From Chthoniobacterales bacterium (GTDB lineage Bacteria > Verrucomicrobiota > Verrucomicrobiia > Chthoniobacterales > Chthoniobacteraceae), in assembly GCA_038207335.1 (NCBI GenBank), contig JBBQZX010000007.1, forward strand, positions 96,001-160,000: a DNA stretch of 64,000 bases, written 5' to 3'. Under the pieces are notes generated by a model. It had not been told where the DNA came from. It ran no database searches and was given only the letters and a program-made list of their open reading frames with translations. The position numbers and the translations under genes were made by a program. Of this stretch, positions 49,307-60,571 are shown in pieces. Numbering within the stretch: position 1 is the stretch's first letter; every line of letters begins with the position of its first letter.

Positions 49307-52300
49307 TCAGGAAGCCCCCGCCGTTGCCAACTCGCGCAGTGCGTACTCGAGCTGGTGGAAATCCACCGGCTTCACCAGATGCAGTGCGAAGCCCGCTTCG
49401 CGCGAACGCGCGAGATCCTCTTCCATTCCGTATCCGCTAAGCGCGATCCCTCGCAGGCCGTAGCGGCTGTGCAACTCGCGCATTAGGTCGGTGCCTGTGC
49501 CGTCCGGCAGACCGAGGTCCGAGATGACAGCGTCGAATTTCGCACCCGCCGCAACTTTCAATGCGTCACCCACCGTGCTCGCAGTGAGCACTCTGTGGCC
49601 CGCGCGCACAAGCAACCGCGAGAGGACTTGCAGCGTCGGCTCGTGATCCTCGACCAGCAGCAGACGCAGCGGTGCCACCTGCACGCGAGCCTGCCGAGGA
49701 GCCCCCGGAAGCTGCGGCTGAGAGGAAAGCTCCGTCGCTGGCGTCACACCCGAGGGCGGTGCGACCGCGCCGGGCAGCTCCACCACGAAAGTTGCACCGT
49801 GCCCCGAGCCCTCACTTCTTGCGGCGATCGTCCCCCCATGCAGATCGACGATCGCACGGGCGATGGCGAGCCCGAGCCCCATCCCGCCGAAGCGATGATC
49901 GTTCACCAAACCGGCCTGCTCAAACGGAAGAAAGATCGCGTTGAGCGCCTCAGGGGCGATCCCGATCCCACTGTCGCGCACCTCGATATGCAGCGCCGCC
50001 GAGCCGTCCGCAGAGAGCGCATCTGTCGTGCGGATCGCGATTTCCCCGCCTCGCGGCGTGAATTTCACAGCGTTGCGCAAAAGGTTCCAAATCACCTGCT
50101 GAAAACGCGCGGGGTCGGCCATGAGCCCACTCCGCTCCGCGGTAAATTCGCGCTTCAGCTCGATCCCCTTCCCCTGCGCGTCGTCCCGCACGATCTCCAC
50201 CGCGAGGCCGATGAGCGAGTGCGCGTCGCACGCCTGCAGCCGCAGGTCGAGTTTGCCCTTTGCGATGCGCGTGAGGTCGAGGAGGTCGTCGATCAGCCGC
50301 GCCTCGAGAGCGATATTCCGCTCCATCATTCCAAGCTGCTCGCGCGCGTCTGCGGGCAGGCGCTCATCCTCGCGCAGCGTCGCGGCAATCATCAGCACGG
50401 GGGTCAGCGGCGTCCGCAGCTCGTGCGAGAGCGCGGCGAGAAAATCGTCCTTTGCCTTCGACGCGCTCTCCGCGACGACGCGCGCGCGTTCAGCTTCATC
50501 CCGGCTGTCCTTTGCAGCAGCTTCCGCATGGACGAAATCCTCAATGTCCGTGCACGTGCCGAACCACCGGATAATTGCCCCACTTTCATCCCGCACCGGG
50601 AGACCACGCCCAAGAAACCAGCGGTAGCTTCCGTCCGACTGGTCGCGGAATCGGTATCGGATTTCGTAGTCCTCGCCCGTGCGCACGCTCGAGTACCAGC
50701 GCTCAACGCTTCGCTCCGCATCGTCCGGATGAAGGACTCTGATCCACGCATCGTCCAGCGACTCGCCTTCACCCCGTCCTGTGAATTCGTACCAACGGCG
50801 GTTAAAATACTCCGCGTCCCCATTCGGGCTCGCCATCCATACGATTTGCGGCATCGCATCCGCAAGCTGCCGCAGACGCGCCGCGCTCGCTGTCAGATCC
50901 GCCGCCGCCCTTTGCCGCTCCGTGATATCCCGCACGAATCCGCCAAAAAGCGGCGGCTCGGTTCCAGGGATGTGATTGATGGAAAGCTCGCACGGGAATT
51001 CGCTCCCATCGCCACGGATTGCCGGCAACTCGTAGCGCTGCCCGAGGATCCGCGCTTCACGCGTCGCCACATAACGCGCGATCCCTTGCGCGTGCCGCTC
51101 CCGCAGCCGCTCGGGAACAACGACTTCCCCGAGGGATTTACCAAGCACGTCCTCCTTTTTCGCGGAGAAGATCTCCTCGGCCGCCGAGTTCCAATCCGCG
51201 ATTCGCCCCTCGTGGTCCATTAAAATGAAACCGTCCAACGACGTGTTAATAATCGCGGTTTTCAGCACCTCGCTCGCGCCGAGTGCCGCCTCCGACGCGC
51301 GCCTCTCCAGCCATTGCGCGATCGTCCCGGCAATCGGCTCCAGGTCGCCCAACACGGTCAGAGAAAGAGGATGCCGTGCAAAAAGCGCAATCACCCCGAG
51401 CATGCGCGACTCGACCAAAAGCGGGTAGCCCGCGAACGCCACCATTCCCTCACGCTTTGCCCACTCGGGGTCGCCGATATTCGGGTCGTGCGCCACGTCA
51501 TTCGTGAGGTGAGCAGTGCGCCGCTGCGCGATGCGCCCGATTTTAAACTCACCCACAGGCACCCGGCCATGCGGCCCATTCAGATGCGTGTACATCCCTG
51601 CGCTCGCTCGCATCTCGAGCATTTGCTCCCGCGCGTTCAGCGTCCACACGCGCGCAAATGCCCCGTCGAGATGCCGCACAAGCGCCTCGCACACGCCCTT
51701 CAGAATCGCATCGACCGGATCGGGTTTTGTAAGCAGCGCGGCTATTTGCAATCGCAACTCCGAGAGCCGCGCACGCTCCTGCACCTCCGCCTCCGCCCGT
51801 GCCCGCGCAATGATCGCCCAGCACCGCTCCGCCACTTCCTCCACGAGCGCCACCTCGTTCGCCGTCCAGTTTCGCGAACGTGTCTGATGCACGGCCATCA
51901 TCGCCCGCAGCGTCCCGTCTTTGACCAGCGGGCAGCAGACGATCGCCTTGATATCGATCGCGCTGAAAGTCGACGCGCCCTCCCCCGGCTTCAGTTCCAC
52001 ATCCACATCGCGGAGGACCAAGGTCCGCCCCGCGCGCATGTCCGCAGCCGCGCGCGTACCGAAAAGATCGAGGTGATACCGCCCCACCGTGCTGGCACAC
52101 CCGTCCGCGTAATCGTGCTGAATCGTGAACCCTTCGCCATCGTCCGCCACATCGGCGTATGCGCATCGCGAGACATTCAGGTGTTTCCCTAAAAGCTCCG
52201 CGATCACCTCGAGAATTGCATTCGCCTCTGTCAGCGAACGCGTTGCTTCCCCGAGCTGATTTAGAAAACGAAACCGCGCCTCGCTAGCCAAAAGCGCCAA

Positions 52301-53386
52301 CTCCGCGATGCGTTTTTCGCCTACGTCATGAAAGACGAGGATCACGCCGCGCACCTCGCCCTCGTCATCCAAAATCGGCGCTGCACTGTCCTCAATCGCC
52401 GTCTCGCGCCCGTCACGGTTCCGCAGCACCGTGTGATTTGCGAGTCCTACGACAACTCGCTCCCGCAACACCCGTGTCACCGGATTTTCCGCAATCCCAC
52501 CCGTTTGCTCATTGAAAATCTCAAACACCTCCGCCAGATCGCGCCCATGCGCCTCGGCGCTGGTCCAGCCCATGAGTTTCTCGGCCACCGGATTCAGAAA
52601 CACCACCTCGCCCTTCGCATTTGTTGCCGCGACCGCGTCGCCGATCGAGCGCAATGTCACACGCAACTCCGCCTCGCGCCGCTCCGAGGCCGCGAGGCTC
52701 TCGGAGTAGGTGGCACTCAGGTCCCGCATCCGACGCCGCTGCCAGAGTATGCCAAAAGGCATCGCCACAAGCCCCAATAGAGCGATGCCAGAAATCACCG
52801 TCACACGCAGCAGATGCGCGCGCTGCCTGCGCTCGATTCGCACCGAATATTCATGCCTCAACAGCGCATCGAACCGCGCCCGCACCGCATCCATCAGCGC
52901 CTTCCCGCGGAGGTTCGTCTCCACGGACGCGGACTTATCCGGCGCGGACCGGCGCATGGCGACAGCCTCCTTGCCAAAGGCCAGCCACGCGGAAAGCTCT
53001 CGTTTCAAAGCCGCGCTGCTCGCGACCTGAGCAGGATTATCCGCGACGCGATCTGCGAGGGTTTCCAAGCCACTCGCAAGCGGCTCGCGCGCCGCTTCAA
53101 ATGGCTCCAGAAACCGTTCATCGCCGCTTATCTGAAATCCCCGCACGCCCACCTCCATGTCCAACGCGAGCTTCTCGAGTTCGTGAACCTCGGTAATCAC
53201 ATCGCTCGAGTGGCTGGCCAATTCCGCAGAGCGGAATAGGTAAAGCGTCAGTCCCAGGAGGATCAGCGCCGGGATGCCAAAGATCAACGCAGTGGCGACC
53301 GTCCCGCGGCGCAGGAGCTGGCGGAAAACTGAGCGATCCGGCAGCGCCACCGTCGGGCGGGCGGGAATGGCGAAAAGTTCGGGCAT
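49307..53386 (-). CDS. Hybrid histidine kinase: CHASE3-PAS-GAF-GAF-PAS-PAS-HisKA-HATPase-REC
   Basis: RGFQISGDERFLEPF (CHASE3), PAS/GAF motifs, SHELRTPL, NLLRNAVKFT, GMGLGL, ISDLGLPDG. Confidence 0.95.
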   Translation of the reverse strand: MPELFAIPARPTVALPDRSVFRQLLRRGTVATALIFGIPALILLGLTLYLFRSAELASHSSDVITEVHELEKLALDMEVGVRGFQISGDERFLEPFEAAREPLASGLETLADRVADNPAQVASSAALKRELSAWLAFGKEAVAMRRSAPDKSASVETNLRGKALMDAVRARFDALLRHEYSVRIERRQRAHLLRVTVISGIALLGLVAMPFGILWQRRRMRDLSATYSESLAASERREAELRVTLRSIGDAVAATNAKGEVVFLNPVAEKLMGWTSAEAHGRDLAEVFEIFNEQTGGIAENPVTRVLRERVVVGLANHTVLRNRDGRETAIEDSAAPILDDEGEVRGVILVFHDVGEKRIAELALLASEARFRFLNQLGEATRSLTEANAILEVIAELLGKHLNVSRCAYADVADDGEGFTIQHDYADGCASTVGRYHLDLFGTRAAADMRAGRTLVLRDVDVELKPGEGASTFSAIDIKAIVCCPLVKDGTLRAMMAVHQTRSRNWTANEVALVEEVAERCWAIIARARAEAEVQERARLSELRLQIAALLTKPDPVDAILKGVCEALVRHLDGAFARVWTLNAREQMLEMRASAGMYTHLNGPHGRVPVGEFKIGRIAQRRTAHLTNDVAHDPNIGDPEWAKREGMVAFAGYPLLVESRMLGVIALFARHPLSLTVLGDLEPIAGTIAQWLERRASEAALGASEVLKTAIINTSLDGFILMDHEGRIADWNSAAEEIFSAKKEDVLGKSLGEVVVPERLRERHAQGIARYVATREARILGQRYELPAIRGDGSEFPCELSINHIPGTEPPLFGGFVRDITERQRAAADLTASAARLRQLADAMPQIVWMASPNGDAEYFNRRWYEFTGRGEGESLDDAWIRVLHPDDAERSVERWYSSVRTGEDYEIRYRFRDQSDGSYRWFLGRGLPVRDESGAIIRWFGTCTDIEDFVHAEAAAKDSRDEAERARVVAESASKAKDDFLAALSHELRTPLTPVLMIAATLREDERLPADAREQLGMMERNIALEARLIDDLLDLTRIAKGKLDLRLQACDAHSLIGLAVEIVRDDAQGKGIELKREFTAERSGLMADPARFQQVIWNLLRNAVKFTPRGGEIAIRTTDALSADGSAALHIEVRDSGIGIAPEALNAIFLPFEQAGLVNDHRFGGMGLGLAIARAIVDLHGGTIAARSEGSGHGATFVVELPGAVAPPSGVTPATELSSQPQLPGAPRQARVQVAPLRLLLVEDHEPTLQVLSRLLVRAGHRVLTASTVGDALKVAAGAKFDAVISDLGLPDGTGTDLMRELHSRYGLRGIALSGYGMEEDLARSREAGFALHLVKPVDFHQLEYALRELATAGAS

Positions 53387-53588
53387 GGAATGAGCGGCGA
53401 ATCGCGCTGGGCAGCTTTGTCAGTGCATCGGGGCGGCCCGGCGCGAAGCCGGGAAAAGTCGGTGACTCCCACTGAAAATCCAATCTAGATTATCAGGCAC
53501 GCCGTTCATTTTTCCAAAATCGTGAACCACTTTACCCCCGGCTGTGTGCGGCTTGCTTTCCAAGCCGCATGCGGTCAGCCATTGGAAG

Positions 53589-56500
53589 ATGAAGGTCCTC
53601 ACCGCAGCCGCCGCGATCCTCCTCGCGATCACATTCTCCACCCGCGCGGAGGAAGGTGCTCCCGTCCGAATCAATGCGCGGCTCATGCAAATGCCGAGCG
53701 TCTCAGCAACCCAAATTGCCTTCGTCTATGCCGGCGACATCTGGATCGCGCCGCGCGAAGGCGGCGCTGCCGTGCGTCTCAGTTCTCCACGAGGGCTCGA
53801 GACTTTTCCGCGTTTTTCACCCGATGGGTCACAGATTGCATTCAGCGGAAATTACGAAGGGAACACCGACATCTATGTGATGCCCGTGAATGGCGGCGAG
53901 CCCCTCCGAGTTACCCACCACGGCTCGCCAGACCGCATGCTTGCTTGGTTCCCGGACGGTCGCTCCATTTTATACGCATCGGAAATGGCGAGCTTCACCT
54001 CGCGCGTTGGGCAGCTCTACCAAGTCCCCGCGACCGGTGGTTTGCCACAAAAGCTGCCCGTGCCGTACGGCGAATTCGGCGCGGTCTCGCCAGACGGGAA
54101 ACTGCTCGCATACACCACGGTCTCCACCGATTTCGCGACATGGAAACGCTACCGCGGCGGCATGACGCCGGATATCTGGCTCTTCAATCTCGCCAACGGC
54201 ACCGCTGAAAACATCACGCACAGCGACTCGAACGATTCGCAACCGATGTGGCACGGCTCCACGCTCTACTTTCTCTCCGACCGCGATGAGAGCAGCCGCC
54301 AAAACATCTGGGCGTACGACATCGAGAAAAAGGAGACGCGGCAGGTCACCCACTTCACCGATTTCGACGTGCATTTTCCGAGCATCGGGCCGGACGCCAT
54401 CGTTTTTGAGCACGGCGGCGGGCTGCAACTCCTCGACCTTGCCAGCGGGAAGGCGCATGGCGTCGATATCACCGTCGTAACCGACCGGGCCACGCTCCGT
54501 CCGCGGGTCGAAAATGTGGGCGGCCTCATCCACAACGGCACGATCTCGCCCACTGGAAAGCGCGCGCTTTTCGAGGCGCGCGGCGAGGTTTTCAGCGTCC
54601 CCGCGGAGCACGGCGTGGAACGAAATCTCACCGAGTCAAGCGGCTTCGCCGAGCGCTACCCCGCTTGGTCGCCGGATGGAAAATGGATCGCTTATTTCAG
54701 CGACCGCACCGGCGAATACGAGTTGACCATCCGGCCTGTTGACCTCACCGCTCCGCGCGCCGGCGACCCCGAGCAGACGCTCACGAAACTCGGCCCTGGC
54801 TGGCGCTACCAGCCCACCTGGTCGCCCGACAGCGGCAAGCTCGTCTTCATCGACAGCGCGATGCAAATCCACCTCCACGACATCGCGAAAAAAACCACCG
54901 AGATCATCGACAAAGAGCTCTGGCTTTACCACGGCGAGCTCGAGCGATTCCACATCGCGTGGTCCGCCGACAGCCGCTGGATCACCTACGCCGGCGACAT
55001 GGAGAATCGCCAGAGCGCGATCATTCTTTACGACACGCTCGAGAAAAAAAGGCACGTCGCCACCACTGGATTTTTTGACGACGATCTCCCTGTTTTCGAC
55101 CCGGACGGGAAGTATCTTTTCTACCGCACGAAGCGCTGGTTCAACGCGATCTACAGCGAGTTCGAGCCGACCTGGATCTACGCAAACGGACAGGCTCTCG
55201 TCGCCATCCCACTCCGCCGCGACATCCCATCCCCGCTCGCCCCGCGCGACGACGAAGAGTCCAGCGCCAAACCCGCCGAGCCGAGGAAAGCCCCCGATAA
55301 AGACGAGCCGAAACCCGAAACCGGAGTGGATTTAGCTGTCCCGAAAATCGCCCAGACAAATCTCAAGGAAGGAGAGCCTGTCGAGCCGGGAAAGCCCGTC
55401 CCGCCTAAGCCTCCAGGCGAGGCACCGAAAAAGCCGGAGGACAAAAAGCCGAAGCCGGTGGTCATCGACTTCGACGATTTCGAGTCCCGCGCGGTCGTGC
55501 TGCCGCCCGGCGGCGGGCAGTTCCGAGACCTCGTCGCAATCCCCGGAAAGCTGCTTTTCACCCGCGCCCCGCGCGCCGGCTCCGACACGAAGACGCACCC
55601 GCTTTCCGCTTACGATCTCGCAAAGCGCGACGAGAAGCTGCTGCTCGACGACGCCGATTCCATCGAGCTTTCCGCCGATGGGAAGAAGCTGCTCGTCTCG
55701 CGTCAAAAAGCGTGGGGTATCATCAATCCCTTCGTCACCGAGCCGCAGCGGATCGACAAGCCGCTCGCGACCGGCGGGCTCGAGGCCGTCATCGATCCGG
55801 CACAGGAATGGCGGCAGATTTTCAACGACGCGTGGCGCATCGAGCGCGACTTTTTCTACGACCCAAACATGCACGGCGTGGACTGGTCCGCGATGCGCGA
55901 GCGATACGGCGCGCTCATCGGCGACGCCGTCACGCGCTGGGATGTGAACTACATCCTCGGCGAGCTGCTCGGCGAAATGAACGTGTCGCACGCTTACCGC
56001 GCGGGCGGTGATCTCGAGGGCTCGGCAACGCGTTCGGTCGGTTACCTCGGGTGCGATTTTTCACTCGATCAGGGCGCGTATCGCATCGCAAAAATCCTGC
56101 AGGTCGCGCCGTGGGAATACACGATTCGCTCGCCGCTCAGCGACCCGGCTTTGAAAATCAAAGAGGGCGACTGGCTGCTCGCCGTAAATGGCCGCGCGAT
56201 CGATACGAGCAAGGATCCGTGGGCCGCGTTTCAGGGCCTCGGCGACAAGCCGGTTTACATCACGGTGAACTCCAAACCTTCACTGGAAGGGGCTCGCGAG
56301 GTGCTCGTGCAAACCACTTCCAATGAAACGTGGCTGCGCCAATACGCATGGCGCGAGGCGAATCGCCGACGCGTCGAGCAGGCCAGCGGCGGGCGCATTG
56401 GCTACATTTACGTGCCGAATACAGCAGTGGACGGGCAGAACGAATTGTTCCGCCAATTTCGCGCGCAGTTCACGAAGCCCGGGCTCATCATCGACGAGCG

Positions 56501-56999
56501 CTGGAATTCCGGCGGTCAGATTCCCGACCGCTTCGTCGAGTTGCTCGGGCGAAAAGCGACGGTCTTTTGGGGCGTGCGCGACGGGCACGATTGGCAGACG
56601 CCGCAGATCGCGCACAACGGCCCAAAAGCCATCCTCGCAAACGGCTGGAGCGGCTCCGGCGGCGACTGCTTCGCGTGGCTTTTCAAAAACAGCGGGCTCG
56701 GCCCGTTCATCGGCCAGCGCACATGGGGCGGGCTCATCGGCATGACCGGCGCGCCGCAGTTCGTCGATGGCGGTCACGTCACCGTACCGACCTTCAGCAT
56801 CTACGACCCGACCGGCAATTGGATCATCGAAGGGCACGGCGTTGACCCGGACATCCCCGTCGTCGATGACCCCGCGCAGCTTGCAAAAGGCATCGACCCG
56901 CAACTCGAGCGCGCCATCCAGGAAGTCGTAAAGCAACTCGACGCGCACCCGCCCGTTTCGCCAAAACGCCCCGGATACCCCAACCGCTCAGGGCACTGA
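53589..56999 (+). CDS. Tricorn-like S41 protease
   Basis: Signal peptide, PD40 propellers, RDFFYDPNMHGVDW, SHAY, PDZ, IIDERWNSGG, SGSGGD, RTWGG. Confidence 0.95.
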   Translation: MKVLTAAAAILLAITFSTRAEEGAPVRINARLMQMPSVSATQIAFVYAGDIWIAPREGGAAVRLSSPRGLETFPRFSPDGSQIAFSGNYEGNTDIYVMPVNGGEPLRVTHHGSPDRMLAWFPDGRSILYASEMASFTSRVGQLYQVPATGGLPQKLPVPYGEFGAVSPDGKLLAYTTVSTDFATWKRYRGGMTPDIWLFNLANGTAENITHSDSNDSQPMWHGSTLYFLSDRDESSRQNIWAYDIEKKETRQVTHFTDFDVHFPSIGPDAIVFEHGGGLQLLDLASGKAHGVDITVVTDRATLRPRVENVGGLIHNGTISPTGKRALFEARGEVFSVPAEHGVERNLTESSGFAERYPAWSPDGKWIAYFSDRTGEYELTIRPVDLTAPRAGDPEQTLTKLGPGWRYQPTWSPDSGKLVFIDSAMQIHLHDIAKKTTEIIDKELWLYHGELERFHIAWSADSRWITYAGDMENRQSAIILYDTLEKKRHVATTGFFDDDLPVFDPDGKYLFYRTKRWFNAIYSEFEPTWIYANGQALVAIPLRRDIPSPLAPRDDEESSAKPAEPRKAPDKDEPKPETGVDLAVPKIAQTNLKEGEPVEPGKPVPPKPPGEAPKKPEDKKPKPVVIDFDDFESRAVVLPPGGGQFRDLVAIPGKLLFTRAPRAGSDTKTHPLSAYDLAKRDEKLLLDDADSIELSADGKKLLVSRQKAWGIINPFVTEPQRIDKPLATGGLEAVIDPAQEWRQIFNDAWRIERDFFYDPNMHGVDWSAMRERYGALIGDAVTRWDVNYILGELLGEMNVSHAYRAGGDLEGSATRSVGYLGCDFSLDQGAYRIAKILQVAPWEYTIRSPLSDPALKIKEGDWLLAVNGRAIDTSKDPWAAFQGLGDKPVYITVNSKPSLEGAREVLVQTTSNETWLRQYAWREANRRRVEQASGGRIGYIYVPNTAVDGQNELFRQFRAQFTKPGLIIDERWNSGGQIPDRFVELLGRKATVFWGVRDGHDWQTPQIAHNGPKAILANGWSGSGGDCFAWLFKNSGLGPFIGQRTWGGLIGMTGAPQFVDGGHVTVPTFSIYDPTGNWIIEGHGVDPDIPVVDDPAQLAKGIDPQLERAIQEVVKQLDAHPPVSPKRPGYPNRSGH

Positions 57000-57037
57000 G
57001 ACGGAGTCGTCGATCTCGTAGCGGGCTGTCAGGGAAA

Positions 57038-58336
57038 TCAGATCGGCTCGATCGTCATCGCGCCGGTAGTGATGGTCCACGCGTCGGCAGCGGACATGCG
57101 CTTCAACTCGTGTCCCGCGCCCCAGGAATCGGAAAACAGAATCTCCTGTGTCTTCGTGTTGTAGCCGATGATGAGCCGCATATGCCCGCCGCCGCTCTGC
57201 GGCACACCGGGCTCAGGGCTGAGTCCGAGTTGCACGCACCATAGCACCGGAATGCCGACGTCGATGTGCGACTGCACTTCGCGCTGGAATCGCGCGAGGT
57301 CGGACTTGTTCTTCGTCTTCGCGTCCTTCAGCACGTCGTATTTCATCGCGGCAAAAATCGTGCCGACATTCAACATGTGCCCCTGGTCGGGAATCTCGCT
57401 CTCGTGCGCGCGCTTCGCTGCGCGGTTGTAGTCCTTCATCAGGTCGGTGATGGCCTTCACGTCCTGCTCTTCGACTGCGCGCACGCGCACCCGGAGTCGA
57501 GAGCCGAGCTTCTTGAGCGAGCTCATCATCGCGCCCACGCTTGTGCCTCCTGCGGCGTCGGAATTCGCGATTTGCGCGAGTTCGTTTTCATCGACCGCGT
57601 TGCCGTAGTAGCGCATCACGCGCTCCGTCGAGGCGACCACGCAATAGCCCTTTTGCCCCTGGTCCACCATCGGCACGTCGCCGAGCCAGACATCGCCCGA
57701 AGCCGCGTCGCGCTTCACATGCATCGCCCCCGTGAACTTCGCCCGCGCCGTATTCGACGCGCTCTCGAGCAGGCTCGTCTTGCGCTCTGGCGGTGAGATT
57801 TCCAGTCGTACAAATTCCGCGCGAAAGTCGATGCCGCGCGTCTTTACCTCTTTCGTCGCGCTGTATTCCAGCAGGTATCGCGACTTCGCGGTCTGCCACT
57901 CGCGCCCGTCCGCGCGCACAGCGCTCGTCGCATCTTTTCCGCGCTCGGAAAATTTCGCTCCCGTGGCTTTCGAGATCGCCTCGGACGATTTCGCGATGAG
58001 GGCTTCGTACGCGTCTTTCGTCAGCGTGCCTGCATCGCCGCGCGCGTAGAAAGTGGCGGTGATTTCTTTCAACGCATCCCCCTCGAAACGCGCGACGACT
58101 TCATAAACCGGCAGGTCAAAAAGCGTCATCCCCTGGTTCGCCGCGCGCGCGGAATCCTTCGTGCTCGAGGTCCACCGAAACGGCAGCGATTTCGTCGCCG
58201 CCTGAAATTCATCCTGCTTCAGCGACCACAGTTTGTCCGTGGAAAGCAGAGGGACAAAACTTTGAGCGAATGCGCCGCTCACCGTGGAAAAAATGGCGGC
58301 GACTGCGAGCGTGAAACGAAGCGGGGAGATGGACAT
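57038..58336 (-). CDS. Secreted protein with C-terminal C39-like cysteine peptidase domain
   Basis: Signal peptide from ATG 58336; DQGQKGYC, GHMRLIIGYN, FSDSWG (Cys-His-Asp). Confidence 0.82.
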   Translation of the reverse strand: MSISPLRFTLAVAAIFSTVSGAFAQSFVPLLSTDKLWSLKQDEFQAATKSLPFRWTSSTKDSARAANQGMTLFDLPVYEVVARFEGDALKEITATFYARGDAGTLTKDAYEALIAKSSEAISKATGAKFSERGKDATSAVRADGREWQTAKSRYLLEYSATKEVKTRGIDFRAEFVRLEISPPERKTSLLESASNTARAKFTGAMHVKRDAASGDVWLGDVPMVDQGQKGYCVVASTERVMRYYGNAVDENELAQIANSDAAGGTSVGAMMSSLKKLGSRLRVRVRAVEEQDVKAITDLMKDYNRAAKRAHESEIPDQGHMLNVGTIFAAMKYDVLKDAKTKNKSDLARFQREVQSHIDVGIPVLWCVQLGLSPEPGVPQSGGGHMRLIIGYNTKTQEILFSDSWGAGHELKRMSAADAWTITTGAMTIEPI

Positions 58337-58409
58337 GGCGCGGTGGGAAACTGGCGCAGCATTCCACGAAACGCGCCCGCCAGCAATCGCGCGCGATTTT
58401 CCAAACGCG

Positions 58410-59492
58410 CTACGGGACGCGCGGCTGCTGTTGCGTGAGGCAGTGGAATGCGCCGAGGCCCCAGATGAGTTCGCGGCAGTCGATCGGGACGACTTTGCGC
58501 GTGGGGAAGGCTTTTTGCAGGACGGCGAGGGCCCAGCGGTCGTGCGTGTCGGCGAATGTCGGGAGCAGCACGACTTTGTTCGCGATGTAGAAATTCGCGT
58601 AGCTCGCGGGGAGGCGCTGGCCGTCGCGCACCATCTTCGCGGGCATCGGGAGCGTGAGGACTTCGAGTGGCGTGCCGTCCTCGGCGTCCATCGCGCGGAG
58701 CAGCTCTGCGTTCTCGTGGAGCGGCTCGAAGTTCGCGCAATTCGTATCCTCCTCCATCGCGGTGACCACCGTCGCCGGGCCGACGAAACGCGTGAGGTCA
58801 TCGACATGACCGTCGGTGTCGTCGCCCTCGATCCCGTCGCCGAGCCAGAGGATGTTTTTCACTCCGAGAAAATCGCGGAGTCGCTGCTCAATGTCGGCCT
58901 GCTTGAGATCGGGGTTGCGATTGGGATTGAGCAGGCACGAGCGGGTCGTGAGCAAAGTGCCGGTGCCATTCACATCAATCGCGCCCCCTTCGAGCACCAT
59001 GTGCGGAGAGAACACAGGCACGCCCAATTGCTCGCCGACGAGCGCCGGAACAACGTCGTCGTCATCGAACGGTGGATACTTCCAACCCCAAGCGTTGTAG
59101 TCCCAATCAACGATCGCGAGCGATGGCTCTTCTTTTCTCGTGAGGAACATCGGGCCGTGATCGCGGCACCACGGCTCGTTTGTCGCGATGTGGAAAAAGG
59201 TGACGTGGCTGGTTTTGTGGTGCCCGCGCGCGAGGATTTTGCGCACGTCAGCTTCGTGCTCAGCGTCGCAGACGTTGATATTCACGCGCTCCGAATCGCC
59301 GAGCACGTGGACCATTTTTGCGAGCGTCGGCATCACTTTGTCATAGCTGCCGGGGAAGCTGATGCCGTCGCGGCGCGGCCACGAGAGCCAAGTCGCGGAG
59401 TGCGGCTCCCACTCCGCAGGCATGCGGTATCCGAGCGACGCGGGCGTCGAGGCGGGTGCGGGTTCAGGAATCGTCGGCGCGGGTTCTTGCAT
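58410..59492 (-). CDS. aguA: Agmatine deiminase
   Basis: MPAEWEPH, WCRDHGP, LEGGAI, DTDGHVD, SYANFY, GAFHCLTQQQP motifs. Confidence 0.95.
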   Translation of the reverse strand: MQEPAPTIPEPAPASTPASLGYRMPAEWEPHSATWLSWPRRDGISFPGSYDKVMPTLAKMVHVLGDSERVNINVCDAEHEADVRKILARGHHKTSHVTFFHIATNEPWCRDHGPMFLTRKEEPSLAIVDWDYNAWGWKYPPFDDDDVVPALVGEQLGVPVFSPHMVLEGGAIDVNGTGTLLTTRSCLLNPNRNPDLKQADIEQRLRDFLGVKNILWLGDGIEGDDTDGHVDDLTRFVGPATVVTAMEEDTNCANFEPLHENAELLRAMDAEDGTPLEVLTLPMPAKMVRDGQRLPASYANFYIANKVVLLPTFADTHDRWALAVLQKAFPTRKVVPIDCRELIWGLGAFHCLTQQQPRVP

Positions 59493-59494
59493 GC

Positions 59495-60385
59495 TCAGTC
59501 GATGAATCGTCTCTCGATGCCGTCGTAAGCGTCAATGCGCCGGTCCCGGAAGAACGGCCAATGCGTGCGCTGCTGGTCCAGTGCGGCGAGATCGACCTCG
59601 ACGATGAGCGTCTCATCCTCGCTGGCGGAGGCTTTGGCCATGATCTGCCCGGATGGATCGACGACGAAACTCTGCCCCCAAAACTCGATGCCCGGGCCAC
59701 CATCGGGCGCTTCATGTCCGACTCTGTTTGGCACTGCGACAAAACAGCCATTCGCGATGGCGTGGCTCCGCTGGATCGTCTCCCACGAAGAGTGCTGGCG
59801 CACGCCATACTCCGCCTTTTCGCCCGGATGCCAGCCGATGGCGGTCGGGTAAAATAGAATCTGCGCGCCTCGCAGTGCGGTGAGCCGTGCGGCTTCGGGA
59901 TACCACTGATCCCAGCAAACGCAGACACCGATTTTGCCGTGCTTCGTGTCCCACGCGCGGAAGCCCAGGTCGCCGGGCGTGAAGTAGAATTTCTCGTAAA
60001 ATGCCGGGTCGTCCGGGATGTGCATTTTGCGATATTTGCCGAGATAAGCACCGTCGGCGTCGATGATCGCAGCGGTGTTATGATAGATGCCAGCGCTGCG
60101 TTTTTCGAAAAGCGAGGCGACGATGACGACGCCGCGTTCGCGCGCAACTTTTCCGAGCGCGTCGGTGCTTGGGCCGGGGATCGCCTCGGCGAGGTCGAAG
60201 TACTTGTGGTCCTCGATCTGGCAGAAGTACTGCGAGGTAAAAAGCTCCTGGAGGCAGACGATCTGCGCGCCGCGATCGGCGGCGGCGTTCACTCGGTCGA
60301 TGGCGTGCGCGAGATTCGCCGCGGGGTCGGCGGAGCAGCGCATCTGGATGAGGCCGAGGATGACTTTGCGGGATGCGGAAGGCAT
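59495..60385 (-). CDS. aguB: N-carbamoylputrescine amidase (carbon-nitrogen hydrolase)
   Basis: LQELF, YRKMHIPDDP.FYEKFYF, CWDQWYPE nitrilase triad; adjacent to aguA. Confidence 0.93.
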   Translation of the reverse strand: MPSASRKVILGLIQMRCSADPAANLAHAIDRVNAAADRGAQIVCLQELFTSQYFCQIEDHKYFDLAEAIPGPSTDALGKVARERGVVIVASLFEKRSAGIYHNTAAIIDADGAYLGKYRKMHIPDDPAFYEKFYFTPGDLGFRAWDTKHGKIGVCVCWDQWYPEAARLTALRGAQILFYPTAIGWHPGEKAEYGVRQHSSWETIQRSHAIANGCFVAVPNRVGHEAPDGGPGIEFWGQSFVVDPSGQIMAKASASEDETLIVEVDLAALDQQRTHWPFFRDRRIDAYDGIERRFID

Positions 60386-60571
60386 GTGGGATAAGGTGAT
60401 CTTTTAGCGGAAACGCGAGGTGCCTGCGACGCTGAACATCGAACATCGAACGCAGCGCCTGCGTCACGCGCCGTAGCGCGTGCCAAACTCCAAACTTCGA
60501 TTTTCGACGCGATGCTCAGCTGGCCGCAGGCGCCCGCTCGGACTCGCGGGACGTGTGAAAACCCGACGCGA

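Noticed and set aside
57038..58807. 589-aa version of the C39-like ORF
   Set aside because: The upstream part overlaps aguA in another frame. The signal peptide starts at the ATG at 58336.
60434..60451. GAACATC tandem repeat (2.5 copies)
   Set aside because: Too short to support any function; not CRISPR-like.
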